Shown here: piece after piece, positions 19,601 through 29,497 of the stretch
Layout: each line of letters opens with the position of its first letter
Numbering within the stretch: the first letter of the stretch is position 1
Virus record (IMG/VR): IMGVR_UViG_3300037408_000869
Location: 1 to 40,036 of that record
Length of the DNA stretch: 40,036 bases
Origin: a virus
Lineage: Duplodnaviria; Caudoviricetes
Direction: 5' to 3' (one strand)
The notes under the pieces: model-generated
The model's database searches: none
What the model was told of the DNA's origin: nothing
Seen by the model: only the letters and a program-made list of their open reading frames with translations
Made by a program: the position numbers and the translations under genes

Positions 19601-20023
19601 ATGGCCCAGTTGCTCGCAGGTCTATCTGGTGGAGCTCCCCTTCCTCCAGGAGCTCAAGCCACGTCCCGTCTGGCCGGAAGGGGGTTTAGCGGACTGCAGA
19701 TTCAGGACCTAAAGCGAGGCAGTCTGGCGGGAACTGAGGCGGATGGAGATGGTGGATTCATCAACGGTCTTGCCGCACTGGGCCCCGGCATCTCCGATAT
19801 CTTTGGGACGTCCAATGCCAATGCCCTTGCCACAATGTCCCAAGGTTTCGAGACGCGAGACTACGGTCGGGCGTTAGCCGGGGCCGTGATGTTCAGAGGG
19901 AATGCGCCGCCCCTTCTGCCGGCCCCCTTGGACGATTCCGACCTCGAGCGTCGTCGCGCATCCACGTCGTCCCCACAGAGGACAAATGGGAAACCACTGC
20001 GAATGTACCTCAGTCGCTACTGA
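19601..20023 (+). CDS. Hypothetical protein, possibly internal virion
   Basis: GAGG RBS, Gly/Ala-rich. Confidence 0.55.
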   Translation: MAQLLAGLSGGAPLPPGAQATSRLAGRGFSGLQIQDLKRGSLAGTEADGDGGFINGLAALGPGISDIFGTSNANALATMSQGFETRDYGRALAGAVMFRGNAPPLLPAPLDDSDLERRRASTSSPQRTNGKPLRMYLSRY

Positions 20024-20468
20024 GCCCAACTTCGAGGACATCGCGAAGGTGTACCTCTGGGCGTGTGAGCACGAGATCGAGCCCGAAGTGGTTGACCGTC
20101 AAGTGCGCCTCGCTGAGTTCTGCCGGCGGTTCGGTCAGTTCCGGTATTTCTACGACGATAAGGGTGAACTCTGCGGGTTTGGCGAATGGCTGCGCCTCGA
20201 GATGGAGCATCTTCCGGTACTCGAGCGGATGCAGGAAGATGAGGGCTGGCTCGAGTTGACTGAGGACGAGATCCGCAATGGTCCAGTATTGTACTGGGCA
20301 AACGCGTTCACGATCAGGCGTGGAGTTGCATGGAAGGTTGCGAAGGAGTTAGCGCAGCTCCCAGGAGTCACCCACTGTGCCGGCTGGCGCAAAGGCAGAC
20401 TGCACATTTCCCCTGTCAAGGAGGTTCTCTCATGCCGTTCATTGAGGCAGTGGCTATCCCAGACGTGA
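19986..20468 (+). CDS. GNAT/HlyC-like acyltransferase
   Basis: GELCGFGEWLRL...EDEIRNGPVLYWAN resembles RTX-activating acyltransferases; GAGGA RBS; start uncertain. Confidence 0.55.
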   Translation: MGNHCECTSVATEPNFEDIAKVYLWACEHEIEPEVVDRQVRLAEFCRRFGQFRYFYDDKGELCGFGEWLRLEMEHLPVLERMQEDEGWLELTEDEIRNGPVLYWANAFTIRRGVAWKVAKELAQLPGVTHCAGWRKGRLHISPVKEVLSCRSLRQWLSQT

Positions 20469-21865
20469 TCCCGTTTATCATCAGCCTCGCCTTGCTCGTC
20501 CTGATAGTCGGCGTGTCGGGGGCGAGCTCCAAGAGCAAGTCCTCCGGGTCGTCTACCGCAGAGTCTGGAACCAAGTTCCCCTGGGAGATCCTGCAGTATG
20601 GCGGGCAGTATTTCGGAAAACCTCCCACAATGGACGACCTTGCGAGGATGGTTCCCTCGACCTCGGGCCTATTCGGTGGGACGACGGGGATGTATCAACC
20701 GCAGTCGCAGCAGCCAGCTGCCGCATCTCCGCAGAATCTTACTGACCAGGCACTCACCGGCAATCAGGTCGGCATTTCGGACATCGTCAAAGCGACCGCC
20801 CAGCAGCAAGGGCAACAAGGGCAACCGTCGCAGCAGGCGCCAGTGGTCAAGGCGAAGACATTCACCATGGCAGACTTCGCCGGCACCATACAAGGCGACA
20901 ACCACTGGAAGTACCGCGTGCCGATTGTGACGGGAAAGCTCATACGTGCCGGGTACGACCCGAACAATTTCACTGCAGCCCAGTTGCAGGAGGTTACGCA
21001 GGGCGATCCTGACATTCTGATCGGGAAAGGCGTCAAGGCACTCTCTGAGATATCAACTGCCGAGCAATCGGTAATGCAGCAACAGGCAAGTCCATGGGCC
21101 AGCCAGACAGTGGCGCCAGGAGTCGGAGCTGCACTCCCTAGTGGTATGGCGGGCAGCATCGCCAATCTCGGTTTCGGTCAGACTCCGCAGACCTACACGC
21201 AGCGCGAGGTCGGAGCAGCTCCAACGGTTTCGGCGCGGGGCATCTCGGACATCTTCACGCCGGGAGGGCGAGAGCGACTCTCGAACGAGATGTTCGAGGC
21301 GCAATACTTGCCCGTCGAGCGTCGGCTAAACCTCGAGCAACAGCAGGCAGACCGTGCCCTCAATGCCCAGCTCGCCCAGGCGGGGCTTGCCTCGAGCGGC
21401 ACCGGCATCGGTCAAAGGGCCCAGCAAGGGCTCGAGTACACCAGGGAACGAGCGGCAGCAGCCAAAGAAGCCGCGGCGAACGCTGCGGCACAGGCACAAC
21501 AGATGCGGCTGGAAGCATCTGGCATCGACGTCCAGGCTCAGACTGCGAACGCCCAGAACATCTTGCAGGGAAACATTGCCAACGCAGACAACTACCTGCG
21601 GGCAATTGGTCTGTCACAGAATGAAGCTCAGTTGGCGCGGCAGTCCTTCCTCGACCTCCTTGGATTGCAGGAGCAGGACCTACAACGCATGGATCAAAGT
21701 GCCGTGAATGCCCTCACGGCAATGATGGAGCCATACCTGGCTGAGTGGGGCATCATGGCAGGGGTTGGTCAGTATCAGATTTCCACAGAGAGCAGCTCGA
21801 AGACCGGCAAATCGGGAGCCGGTGGAGTGAGCTTCAGTGGTCCGAGTGGATCTGGCACGGCATAG
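20432..21865 (+). CDS. DNA pilot/ejection protein
   Basis: N-terminal TM, SSKSKSS tract, Gln/Ala coiled coil, LAQAGLASSGTG motif. Confidence 0.7.
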   Translation: MPFIEAVAIPDVIPFIISLALLVLIVGVSGASSKSKSSGSSTAESGTKFPWEILQYGGQYFGKPPTMDDLARMVPSTSGLFGGTTGMYQPQSQQPAAASPQNLTDQALTGNQVGISDIVKATAQQQGQQGQPSQQAPVVKAKTFTMADFAGTIQGDNHWKYRVPIVTGKLIRAGYDPNNFTAAQLQEVTQGDPDILIGKGVKALSEISTAEQSVMQQQASPWASQTVAPGVGAALPSGMAGSIANLGFGQTPQTYTQREVGAAPTVSARGISDIFTPGGRERLSNEMFEAQYLPVERRLNLEQQQADRALNAQLAQAGLASSGTGIGQRAQQGLEYTRERAAAAKEAAANAAAQAQQMRLEASGIDVQAQTANAQNILQGNIANADNYLRAIGLSQNEAQLARQSFLDLLGLQEQDLQRMDQSAVNALTAMMEPYLAEWGIMAGVGQYQISTESSSKTGKSGAGGVSFSGPSGSGTA

Positions 21866-21875
21866 TGAGGCGACA

Positions 21876-23000
21876 ATGGACAACTCATACGAACGATCTG
21901 TGCAGGGTAACGTCGACATCGGGCAGCTTGTCCGGTTTTTGCGCGGAGTGCGGGCCGCGGTACAGCCCGAGGTCGAGGGTGGATTCGGCGGGAGGCTCGA
22001 GGCGTTCGTCGAACCGCAACGAGTGGAGGCCACAGAACGGCAGAATCGGCTGCGGCAACAGTTCGCTCCGGACATCGAAGCTCTCAACGCCGCCATGCAG
22101 GAGAGCGAGGAACCGCCGGCTGGGCTCGACTCCCTTGCGCAGGGAAAGGGGACCCGGCCAGCGTATGATCCGCAGCGGGTATCCAGATTGGGGATTCGCC
22201 TTGCAGCCAAACTGGCAGCGTCGGGCGCCCGGAGTGAGGACATTCGAGCCCTGACTGGGAACGCTCTTCAGTTTGCCACGCAATCGCACGCGATCTCCCC
22301 CGACGTGAACACACCGGAAGGGGCGGCTCGAGTACTGGGAGCCGCGACGGCCATGGATCCCAGGCAGGCGTACAGGAACATCCCTGCGATGGGTATGAGC
22401 GAGCAATACTACACCGGAGCAGATGCCAACATGGCTCGAGCTCAGTTGGCAGATGAGCAGAGACGTCGCATTCAGGAGTACCTGCCCTACGAGCAACGCA
22501 AAGCTCAGGCGCAAGAAACGCAGGCGTACTCCGCGGCGAAACTTGCCGATGTGAAGGCGGCAACTGGTGGGTATGCGCCGCAACGTCCTGACAAACCGAA
22601 CTACAGCAGGCTCGCCTATGCGGAACGAGCACTTGCGGGCGACGAGGGAGCGGCGCGTGCGCTTGCCATGACCGGAGGTATGGAAGCGATCAGGAGTGAT
22701 CTCGTTGCGGTCATGCAGGGCAGGCAACCGATGAACCCAGATTTCCAAGGAATGACTCCCCAGCAGGCGCAGCAGGAGCTGATCAGGCTCGGGCAGTACG
22801 ACATCCTCAAGACGATGATGAACCAGCAGCTGGGACAGAACCTGCCGCCCCCGGAACCAGTAATACGGCAGGCTCCTGCGACCCCAAATCCATACTCTCC
22901 TGCCCAGACTCCGGGACCTACGCCAGGTAGTACGGGGGATCCGGAACTCGATGCCCTCATCGAGGAGTACAAGCGCAGCCGTGCCATGCAGGGTAGGTGA
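21876..23000 (+). CDS. Internal virion (ejection) protein
   Basis: Ala/Gln-rich helical protein between the pilot and the giant ORF. Confidence 0.65.
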   Translation: MDNSYERSVQGNVDIGQLVRFLRGVRAAVQPEVEGGFGGRLEAFVEPQRVEATERQNRLRQQFAPDIEALNAAMQESEEPPAGLDSLAQGKGTRPAYDPQRVSRLGIRLAAKLAASGARSEDIRALTGNALQFATQSHAISPDVNTPEGAARVLGAATAMDPRQAYRNIPAMGMSEQYYTGADANMARAQLADEQRRRIQEYLPYEQRKAQAQETQAYSAAKLADVKAATGGYAPQRPDKPNYSRLAYAERALAGDEGAARALAMTGGMEAIRSDLVAVMQGRQPMNPDFQGMTPQQAQQELIRLGQYDILKTMMNQQLGQNLPPPEPVIRQAPATPNPYSPAQTPGPTPGSTGDPELDALIEEYKRSRAMQGR

Positions 23001-26000
23001 TGCGATCACCGGAGGAAATCCGTAACAACATCCTTCGACGTCTGGGCGAGCTCAGGGCGAAGGACATCCTCGAGGAAAGCCAGAGCACGATCCTCGAGAC
23101 GCAGAGGCGTGCCTCGAACGTGCAGCCTGTGGTCTCCGATCAGGTCATTGGCACGGTGGGTGGGACTGCGGTTACTATCGATCCTGCGGTGCGTGAGGCA
23201 CTCCAACGTCAAGCGGTGCAGCAAGATGTGCAAAGCATTGCGCAACGTGAGAGGGCCGTCGCTGAGAAGGCGTATGCCACTGAGGCGATGTCGGAGATTA
23301 CCGGATACCCGCCGCGGCTCGAAGAGATTCCGCCCCCGGTACACCGGGAGGGATACAAGCGCGGGGCATTGCAGACGGTCGTGGACTACGCGTCTCGTCC
23401 GCTATCCACCGTCACCGGAGCTCAGAAAGCTCTGCTCGAGGGGAAAGGTCTAGGCGGCGCTCTCGAGGAAGCGAAGCGAGGTCTGACCGGAGAACAGAAG
23501 ACAAACTATGCCGCGGTCCTCGAGGCAGCGGGCGTACCCCCAGGGGAAATCGTGCGATTGTTTGCTCCGGAGGAGTACGAGGAAGTTCCCCCTCGCCAGC
23601 CGTCCCTCGAGCCTCCACGATTCGGTCTCATCGGAGGCCCAGGAAGCGAGAAGCAGATCCTGGCGGAACCGGCTCGAGTCACACCACAGGTGCGCCAGGA
23701 AGCGAAAGGGGTTCCTGTCACTCTGCGTGGGGCGGCAGGACTGGCGGGTGACATCGTACTCGATCCTCTGACCTATGTCTCATTCGGTACCGGCAGGGCA
23801 GTCCAGCTCGCCAGCGGTCTCAAGCTATCTCGAGATGGTGAAAAGCTGTTCGGTGCCTTGATGGCGCAAGGGATGCCTCGAGCCGCGGCGGAAGCTGCAA
23901 TCGAGGGTGCGGTCGCCAACGGTGGGAGGAACCTCGTTGCCCAAGGGGGAGCGTACTTTGCGGGTAGGCACATTCCTGGAACGCAGATCCCGGGCCAGGT
24001 AGCGTCTGAGGTTGCCGGCAGGGTCGGTCAAGCGGTGGGGTCCACCGAGCGTGGCAAGCAGCTCATCAATGCCATCGACGATGTGCGGGCTGTCTTCGAC
24101 CGGGATGCTCGGGTCCGCGGGTTCCCGCAGTTCATGCGGGACAAACAGCGGTACTTCAACGCCACGGGCAGTGATGCGCAGGACATTGCCCGCGAAGCAG
24201 ACGAAATCTTCCAAGGCATCTCTCGAGAGGGAGAGGTCGCAATAACCCACGCCATTGAAGCTGGACCGCAAGTCGTAGCGGCGTTGCCAGATCCACTTAG
24301 AATCGCAGCGGAGAGGGTGCAGGCCTCGCAGGATGCGCTGCGGCAGTGGGAGATTCAGAGTGGTCTCGGTGAGACATACCGTGACGACTACATGATGCAC
24401 GCGTACACCAACTACCCGAAGGTCAAGAACGCACCGGGGCCCGGTGGTAGCGTGAATCCGAACCTACAGGCGAACCGAGAACGAGTGATACCGACCTTGC
24501 AGGAGGCGAAAGATCTCGGTCTGATTCCAGTGTCGGAAAGCGCCCGGGATCTGTTCATCCTGCGCAGCGTTGCGTCGTCCCGGGTGCGTCGTTCCAGGGA
24601 GCTCATCGACCAGGCGGCGAGAAACTACGGCACGAAGCAATTGCCGGATGAGACAGGATCCGAGTTCTTCCGTCGGCGCATTGCCGACGAACTGGTGGAG
24701 CTCCCCTACTATCGCGATGCCGAAGAGCAGGCTCTCTACGTGCCTCGAGCGATCGTCGAGGATATGAACAACATCGGGGCTGCGGGACTGCGTCGAGCGA
24801 GCGTGATGATCCGCGCTTTCGACAAGCTGCAGAACCTGTGGAAGGGCACCGTCACGAGTTGGGCCCCGGCATTCCACGTCCGCAACGCGTTCTCGAATGC
24901 GGTCCTGTCGGCGATGGACATCTCGGTCCAGGCGTTGAATCCGCTACGGCACGCGAGAACTGTCCGCATCCTGCGTGGGGACGAAGGCGAGATACTCTCG
25001 AAGTTCGGTGAACGGTATCCATACGCCCAGGTGCGCCGGTTGTACCAGGAACATGGTCTGGGCGGCGCATTCGGCGGGAGGCTCGGGTTGTCGAACGAAG
25101 GGCGTCCCTGGTTGGGCGACTATTCGCCAATCGCCGCCGGCAAGAAGTTCGGTGAGGGGGTCGAGGCGCAAGCTAGGATGCTGCACTTCACGACTCTCCT
25201 CGAGCGAGGATTCGATCCGGAGACCGCCGCGGCGCGGGTCAAACAATACCTGTTCGACTACGACAACCTGTCTCGCACTGAGCGAGAGATCCTGCGACGA
25301 GCGTTCCCGTTCTACACGTTCTCGAGGAAGAACATCGAGGCGCAAGTGCGAAACCTTGCGACCGAACCTGGACGGCAAGCAGCATGGTTGAAGCTTTTCA
25401 CGATCCCGGGAAACACTGAAGACACAGAAGCCATGAAGCGGGACTTGCCAGACTACATCGCGCACGGTCTGGCGATCCCTCTTGGCAAGGACCAGGAAGG
25501 GCAGGACATGATCCTGTGGGGTGCTGGCCTGCCCCAGGAGGAGATCGCACGGCTCTTCCCCCAGGTGCGCGAGGGTAAGGGCCGCGGGCAGGAGTTTCTG
25601 CGGAAGAACATCCTCCAGATGCTGACCCCGATGGCGAAAGTCATCATGGACGAGGTCACGGGTCGTGATGTCTACCTCGACCGCCCCATTGAGGAGGTCA
25701 ACCGCATCTATGACGTCTACGGCAAGGCGCTCGAACAGATGCCCGAGGAGGTTCAGAAGTTCCTCGAGTTTAACCGTGAGTACGACCGTCGCGGAAATGT
25801 CCGCTATACGATGAACCCGCACATGCTCCACCTTGTGCGGAGCTTCGTCCTCTCGAGGCTCTACTCGACGATCGGCAAGCAGTATGACCCGCGCAAGGAT
25901 CTGACCACTCAGATGTTGAACACCCTGACCGGGCTCAATATCGGGTCGGTGGACTGGGAGATGCAAACCTTGCCGGCATGGCGGCAGCGTGCGGACGAGC

Positions 26001-29000
26001 GACTCCAGACAATCGGCAGGAAGGAACAGCAGCAGAATCTCCGGATGCTCCTCGAGCAGGGGGGCACACCTCCCTCAGAAGAAGAGCCGCAGTCGTCCCT
26101 CGAGCCGACAGTGGGGCAGAAAGCGGTTGTCTACGGGGCCGGGATCGCGCTGCCCATCCTTGGAAGCATCGCAGGTGGGTTGTCGCCAATGCCAGGGGGC
26201 GCGTTTGCCGGTGCAATGGCGGGCGGGAATCTCGCCAACCTGATCGGGCAGAAGGTCATGCGTCCCGGGGAGCCGATCAACTGGAAGGAGAACGTCGTCC
26301 AGACGGTGGCTAGCGCCCCGGTTGCGCTGCCGGTGCCCGCGGGGATCCTGGGTCGAATGGCAGTCAGGGGACTCGAGGGAGCGGGCATAAACACCATCGC
26401 AGAGGGGGCCCAGCAGTACTGGGCAGAGGGGAAACCCCTCAGTGAGATCGACACTGACAGGCTGAAAACCGCCGCGAAGTGGGGAGGTGTATTGGGGGCT
26501 GGCACGGGAGCCGTCGAGCCGCAGCTGGCTACCCTGCTCCAGCGGGGGCGGAAGGGTGGACCTCCGCCAGAGATGCCCCCAGAAGCGCCAGAAACGCCTC
26601 CACAGGTCGCCCAGGAGTACATCGAGCGTCCGGTCGAGCCGCGGCTGGAAAACGCGCCAGAGGGGCCTCCTGGCTCCCTGGAGGGCAAGCCGGTGACGGC
26701 AGAGACCCTCGAGTCGGAGTTTGGACTTCCCCCAGAGCAGGCGAAGGAGAGCGCAGTCCTCCTCGAGGCAATGGACCTGGACGAGGAGACCCTGCGCCAG
26801 CACGGTATGGGATTCAACGTGACGCGGGGTGGGGAACCGGAAGAGAATGCCCTTTACCAGCTCACACCCAAATTCCGGACGCAGATGGAACAGGAGCTTG
26901 CGGATGGGACTGCGGAGTTCCCAGAGGCATATCGGCAGGCATTGAAGTGGCAGGACAAGCTCGATGCAGAGCCCAGGGTATGGAAGTGGAACCCCGAAAA
27001 GAAGTGGTTCGAGGAACCTGAGGGATACCGCAAGTCAACCGACCCAGACTCGCTTTGCCAACGCTCAGAGGGTACCGACCTGGCACTGCGATGGCTCAAG
27101 ACGGAGCTTGGTGATGACTACAGTCCAGCGGTAGGATGGGAGATTATCTCACGGTCAAACCGCGCCGGTCTGCAGACCGGGTGCCCGCAGTGTTACGTCG
27201 TGTCGATGCGTACTGCGCAAGGCAACGAAGGCTCGATGCAGAAGGTCGTTCTCGAAGGGGTGGGTGGATACAGTGGGGACATCACTCGTTTTGGCGATAC
27301 GACCATGGATCTGCTCAGTAAGATCGGCGTTCGTAAGTACTCGTTTACGGACTTCAAGATCGAGCACCTTGCTGGGTTGATCGCTGAGATGGTCGATGCA
27401 TGGAAAAGGAAGCTCCCCTGGGGCGGATATACCAAGCAACCGGACTTCGTCGAGATCTTCGCCCCCAGTGGGGCGCACATCAACATGAGCGTGAGCAGGG
27501 ACCGGCTTACTGGTATGTCGATGGCTACCGCTCTCCGACTCAAGTCGAAGCATCCGAACACTGCCATCGTCTACATCGCCTTCACCGACGACGAAGTGCT
27601 GAAGGCATTGCGAAACCCGAACATCGACCATGTCATCCCGTGGCACTCGTCAGGCCAGCCGGTCGAGGAGCTCCGCGTTCGCTTGGGTGATCCCAACGTC
27701 AAGGACTACACGAAGCAGCAGTGGGATGCAGAGGTCAGCTACAGCAAGAAAGGGGAAAAGATTCGCACAAAGTCTGCTGATCACGTCGCAGACTACGAGC
27801 ACAAGGGAGACCTCAAGACCTACCTGCGCCTGGTCAAAGAGCGAGGGCTCGAGAAAAGGTTCCCAGACATCTACGACCAACTCGACCCGAACGAGAAAGA
27901 GCTCTACATGAAGCTTGTCGGGCCGGAATACGGCAAGCATGGCGGCAAGTACCCGTATGCCATTCCGGACCCGAACAAGATCAACTACGACGCTATCCCG
28001 CTGGCGATGCAGCACAGGCTCGCGACGATCAACAGCCGCGAGAAGTACCTCGAAATCGCCCGCGACATCGCCAAAGAGGTGAAAGCCGGCGCATTCAAAC
28101 ATACCAGGCAAGAACTGTTGCAGATCCTGCCGGCACGGTCGAAGACCCTACTGCAGAGGACTACCGACCTCGACCGGGACTATCTCGCCGCGGTGAAGCG
28201 CGGCGACATGGAGACCGCGCAGCGGATGGTAGACGAGGCAGCGGAGAGAGCGGGATCTCCGCCGCAGCTCGACGATGTCGGGGTCGAGGCGTATCAGGTT
28301 CGGCGCAAGCCTGCGCCTAAGAAGACGATCAAGGCATACAAGCTCTTCGTCACCAGGAATGGCAAACTGTATCCGCTCTTTGTCGGAGCTGACGAACCCA
28401 TACCGCAAGGAGTTTGGCTCGATGGTACGGTAGGACCAGAAGGACCGCCGACGAAGACTGGGAGGCCAACGGTCAAGGCCAAGCTTCGAGGTCTCGGGAA
28501 ATACCCTGGCTGGCACGCTGGAGAACTACCCTATGCGCCGCAGATGGGAACGCAAGGCCCAACCGGCAAGCAGATCCAGGGGAACAGAGTGTTCGCGGAA
28601 GTCGAGATGATGGCAGACGTGGATTATCAGCCACGGGTGGACGCGAACGGTGGGGTGAGGTTAAGGGAACTCCCGGTCGATGGTGCTTACCGAGCGAAGA
28701 CGAGTTCCTTCCAAGAAGACCCCTGGGTGATCTCGGGGGCCATGAAGATCAATCGAGTCCTGTCGGAGGACGAGGTTGCCCAGATTCTGCGAGCGAGTGG
28801 AAAGCGCCCCGTCCCGTGGAAGGGCGGGCCTCTCGACCTCGGCAAGAAGGGGCTCTCGACAGATCCTGCAGTCAACCGGGCCAAGCTGCGCGATCCCGTC
28901 ACCTACGATGACCAGGGCAACGTGATCCCCCTGTCCGAGCGGTTTAACCTCGAGTCGGAGGACGTGCGCTACCAGGGAGCGAAGGGATCGGTGGAGTTCA

Positions 29001-29497
29001 GCCTCGACGATACGCACGCCCTGATGCGTGCCCTCAAGGGAGCTGACGTTTCCACCAGTATCCACGAGATCTCGCACGTCGCACGCCGCTTCCTCTTCGA
29101 CCGGACCATCCCGGCAGCACGCAGGATCGGCATCACCGACGAAGACATCCGCATCGCGGAGGAATGGGCCGGCGCGAAGGACGGGGTCTGGGATGTCAAG
29201 GCAGAGGAGAAGTGGGCGCGTGGGTTTGAGCGGTACATGCGCGACGGTATCGCCCCGTCGAAGCAGCTCGAGGCGACCTTCGCGAAGTTCCGGCAGTGGC
29301 TGATCGAGATTTACCAGAGGCTGCGCGGGTCCGACATCGATGTGGAGATCAGCCCTGAGATGCGCGAGGTCTTCGACCGCCTGGTGACACGCCGCGAGCG
29401 CCGGCTCGGCACCCTCGAGGGACTGGTGGGACAAAGTCCGTCCCGTCGAACGTCAGCACGTCAGGAAGCTCCCGGCCCTTCCGCCAGCGGTGGATGA
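22997..29497 (+). CDS. Giant polyvalent internal virion protein (LPD38-like region, Cys/GP88-like domain, ART-like cassette, HExxH zincin peptidase)
   Basis: 2166 aa; FDYDNLS..ER...RAFPFY, CPQCY, YLAAVKRGDMETAQRMVDEAA...DPVTYDDQGNVIPLSERFN, HEISH...EEKWARGFERY. Confidence 0.85.
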   Translation: MMRSPEEIRNNILRRLGELRAKDILEESQSTILETQRRASNVQPVVSDQVIGTVGGTAVTIDPAVREALQRQAVQQDVQSIAQRERAVAEKAYATEAMSEITGYPPRLEEIPPPVHREGYKRGALQTVVDYASRPLSTVTGAQKALLEGKGLGGALEEAKRGLTGEQKTNYAAVLEAAGVPPGEIVRLFAPEEYEEVPPRQPSLEPPRFGLIGGPGSEKQILAEPARVTPQVRQEAKGVPVTLRGAAGLAGDIVLDPLTYVSFGTGRAVQLASGLKLSRDGEKLFGALMAQGMPRAAAEAAIEGAVANGGRNLVAQGGAYFAGRHIPGTQIPGQVASEVAGRVGQAVGSTERGKQLINAIDDVRAVFDRDARVRGFPQFMRDKQRYFNATGSDAQDIAREADEIFQGISREGEVAITHAIEAGPQVVAALPDPLRIAAERVQASQDALRQWEIQSGLGETYRDDYMMHAYTNYPKVKNAPGPGGSVNPNLQANRERVIPTLQEAKDLGLIPVSESARDLFILRSVASSRVRRSRELIDQAARNYGTKQLPDETGSEFFRRRIADELVELPYYRDAEEQALYVPRAIVEDMNNIGAAGLRRASVMIRAFDKLQNLWKGTVTSWAPAFHVRNAFSNAVLSAMDISVQALNPLRHARTVRILRGDEGEILSKFGERYPYAQVRRLYQEHGLGGAFGGRLGLSNEGRPWLGDYSPIAAGKKFGEGVEAQARMLHFTTLLERGFDPETAAARVKQYLFDYDNLSRTEREILRRAFPFYTFSRKNIEAQVRNLATEPGRQAAWLKLFTIPGNTEDTEAMKRDLPDYIAHGLAIPLGKDQEGQDMILWGAGLPQEEIARLFPQVREGKGRGQEFLRKNILQMLTPMAKVIMDEVTGRDVYLDRPIEEVNRIYDVYGKALEQMPEEVQKFLEFNREYDRRGNVRYTMNPHMLHLVRSFVLSRLYSTIGKQYDPRKDLTTQMLNTLTGLNIGSVDWEMQTLPAWRQRADERLQTIGRKEQQQNLRMLLEQGGTPPSEEEPQSSLEPTVGQKAVVYGAGIALPILGSIAGGLSPMPGGAFAGAMAGGNLANLIGQKVMRPGEPINWKENVVQTVASAPVALPVPAGILGRMAVRGLEGAGINTIAEGAQQYWAEGKPLSEIDTDRLKTAAKWGGVLGAGTGAVEPQLATLLQRGRKGGPPPEMPPEAPETPPQVAQEYIERPVEPRLENAPEGPPGSLEGKPVTAETLESEFGLPPEQAKESAVLLEAMDLDEETLRQHGMGFNVTRGGEPEENALYQLTPKFRTQMEQELADGTAEFPEAYRQALKWQDKLDAEPRVWKWNPEKKWFEEPEGYRKSTDPDSLCQRSEGTDLALRWLKTELGDDYSPAVGWEIISRSNRAGLQTGCPQCYVVSMRTAQGNEGSMQKVVLEGVGGYSGDITRFGDTTMDLLSKIGVRKYSFTDFKIEHLAGLIAEMVDAWKRKLPWGGYTKQPDFVEIFAPSGAHINMSVSRDRLTGMSMATALRLKSKHPNTAIVYIAFTDDEVLKALRNPNIDHVIPWHSSGQPVEELRVRLGDPNVKDYTKQQWDAEVSYSKKGEKIRTKSADHVADYEHKGDLKTYLRLVKERGLEKRFPDIYDQLDPNEKELYMKLVGPEYGKHGGKYPYAIPDPNKINYDAIPLAMQHRLATINSREKYLEIARDIAKEVKAGAFKHTRQELLQILPARSKTLLQRTTDLDRDYLAAVKRGDMETAQRMVDEAAERAGSPPQLDDVGVEAYQVRRKPAPKKTIKAYKLFVTRNGKLYPLFVGADEPIPQGVWLDGTVGPEGPPTKTGRPTVKAKLRGLGKYPGWHAGELPYAPQMGTQGPTGKQIQGNRVFAEVEMMADVDYQPRVDANGGVRLRELPVDGAYRAKTSSFQEDPWVISGAMKINRVLSEDEVAQILRASGKRPVPWKGGPLDLGKKGLSTDPAVNRAKLRDPVTYDDQGNVIPLSERFNLESEDVRYQGAKGSVEFSLDDTHALMRALKGADVSTSIHEISHVARRFLFDRTIPAARRIGITDEDIRIAEEWAGAKDGVWDVKAEEKWARGFERYMRDGIAPSKQLEATFAKFRQWLIEIYQRLRGSDIDVEISPEMREVFDRLVTRRERRLGTLEGLVGQSPSRRTSARQEAPGPSASGG

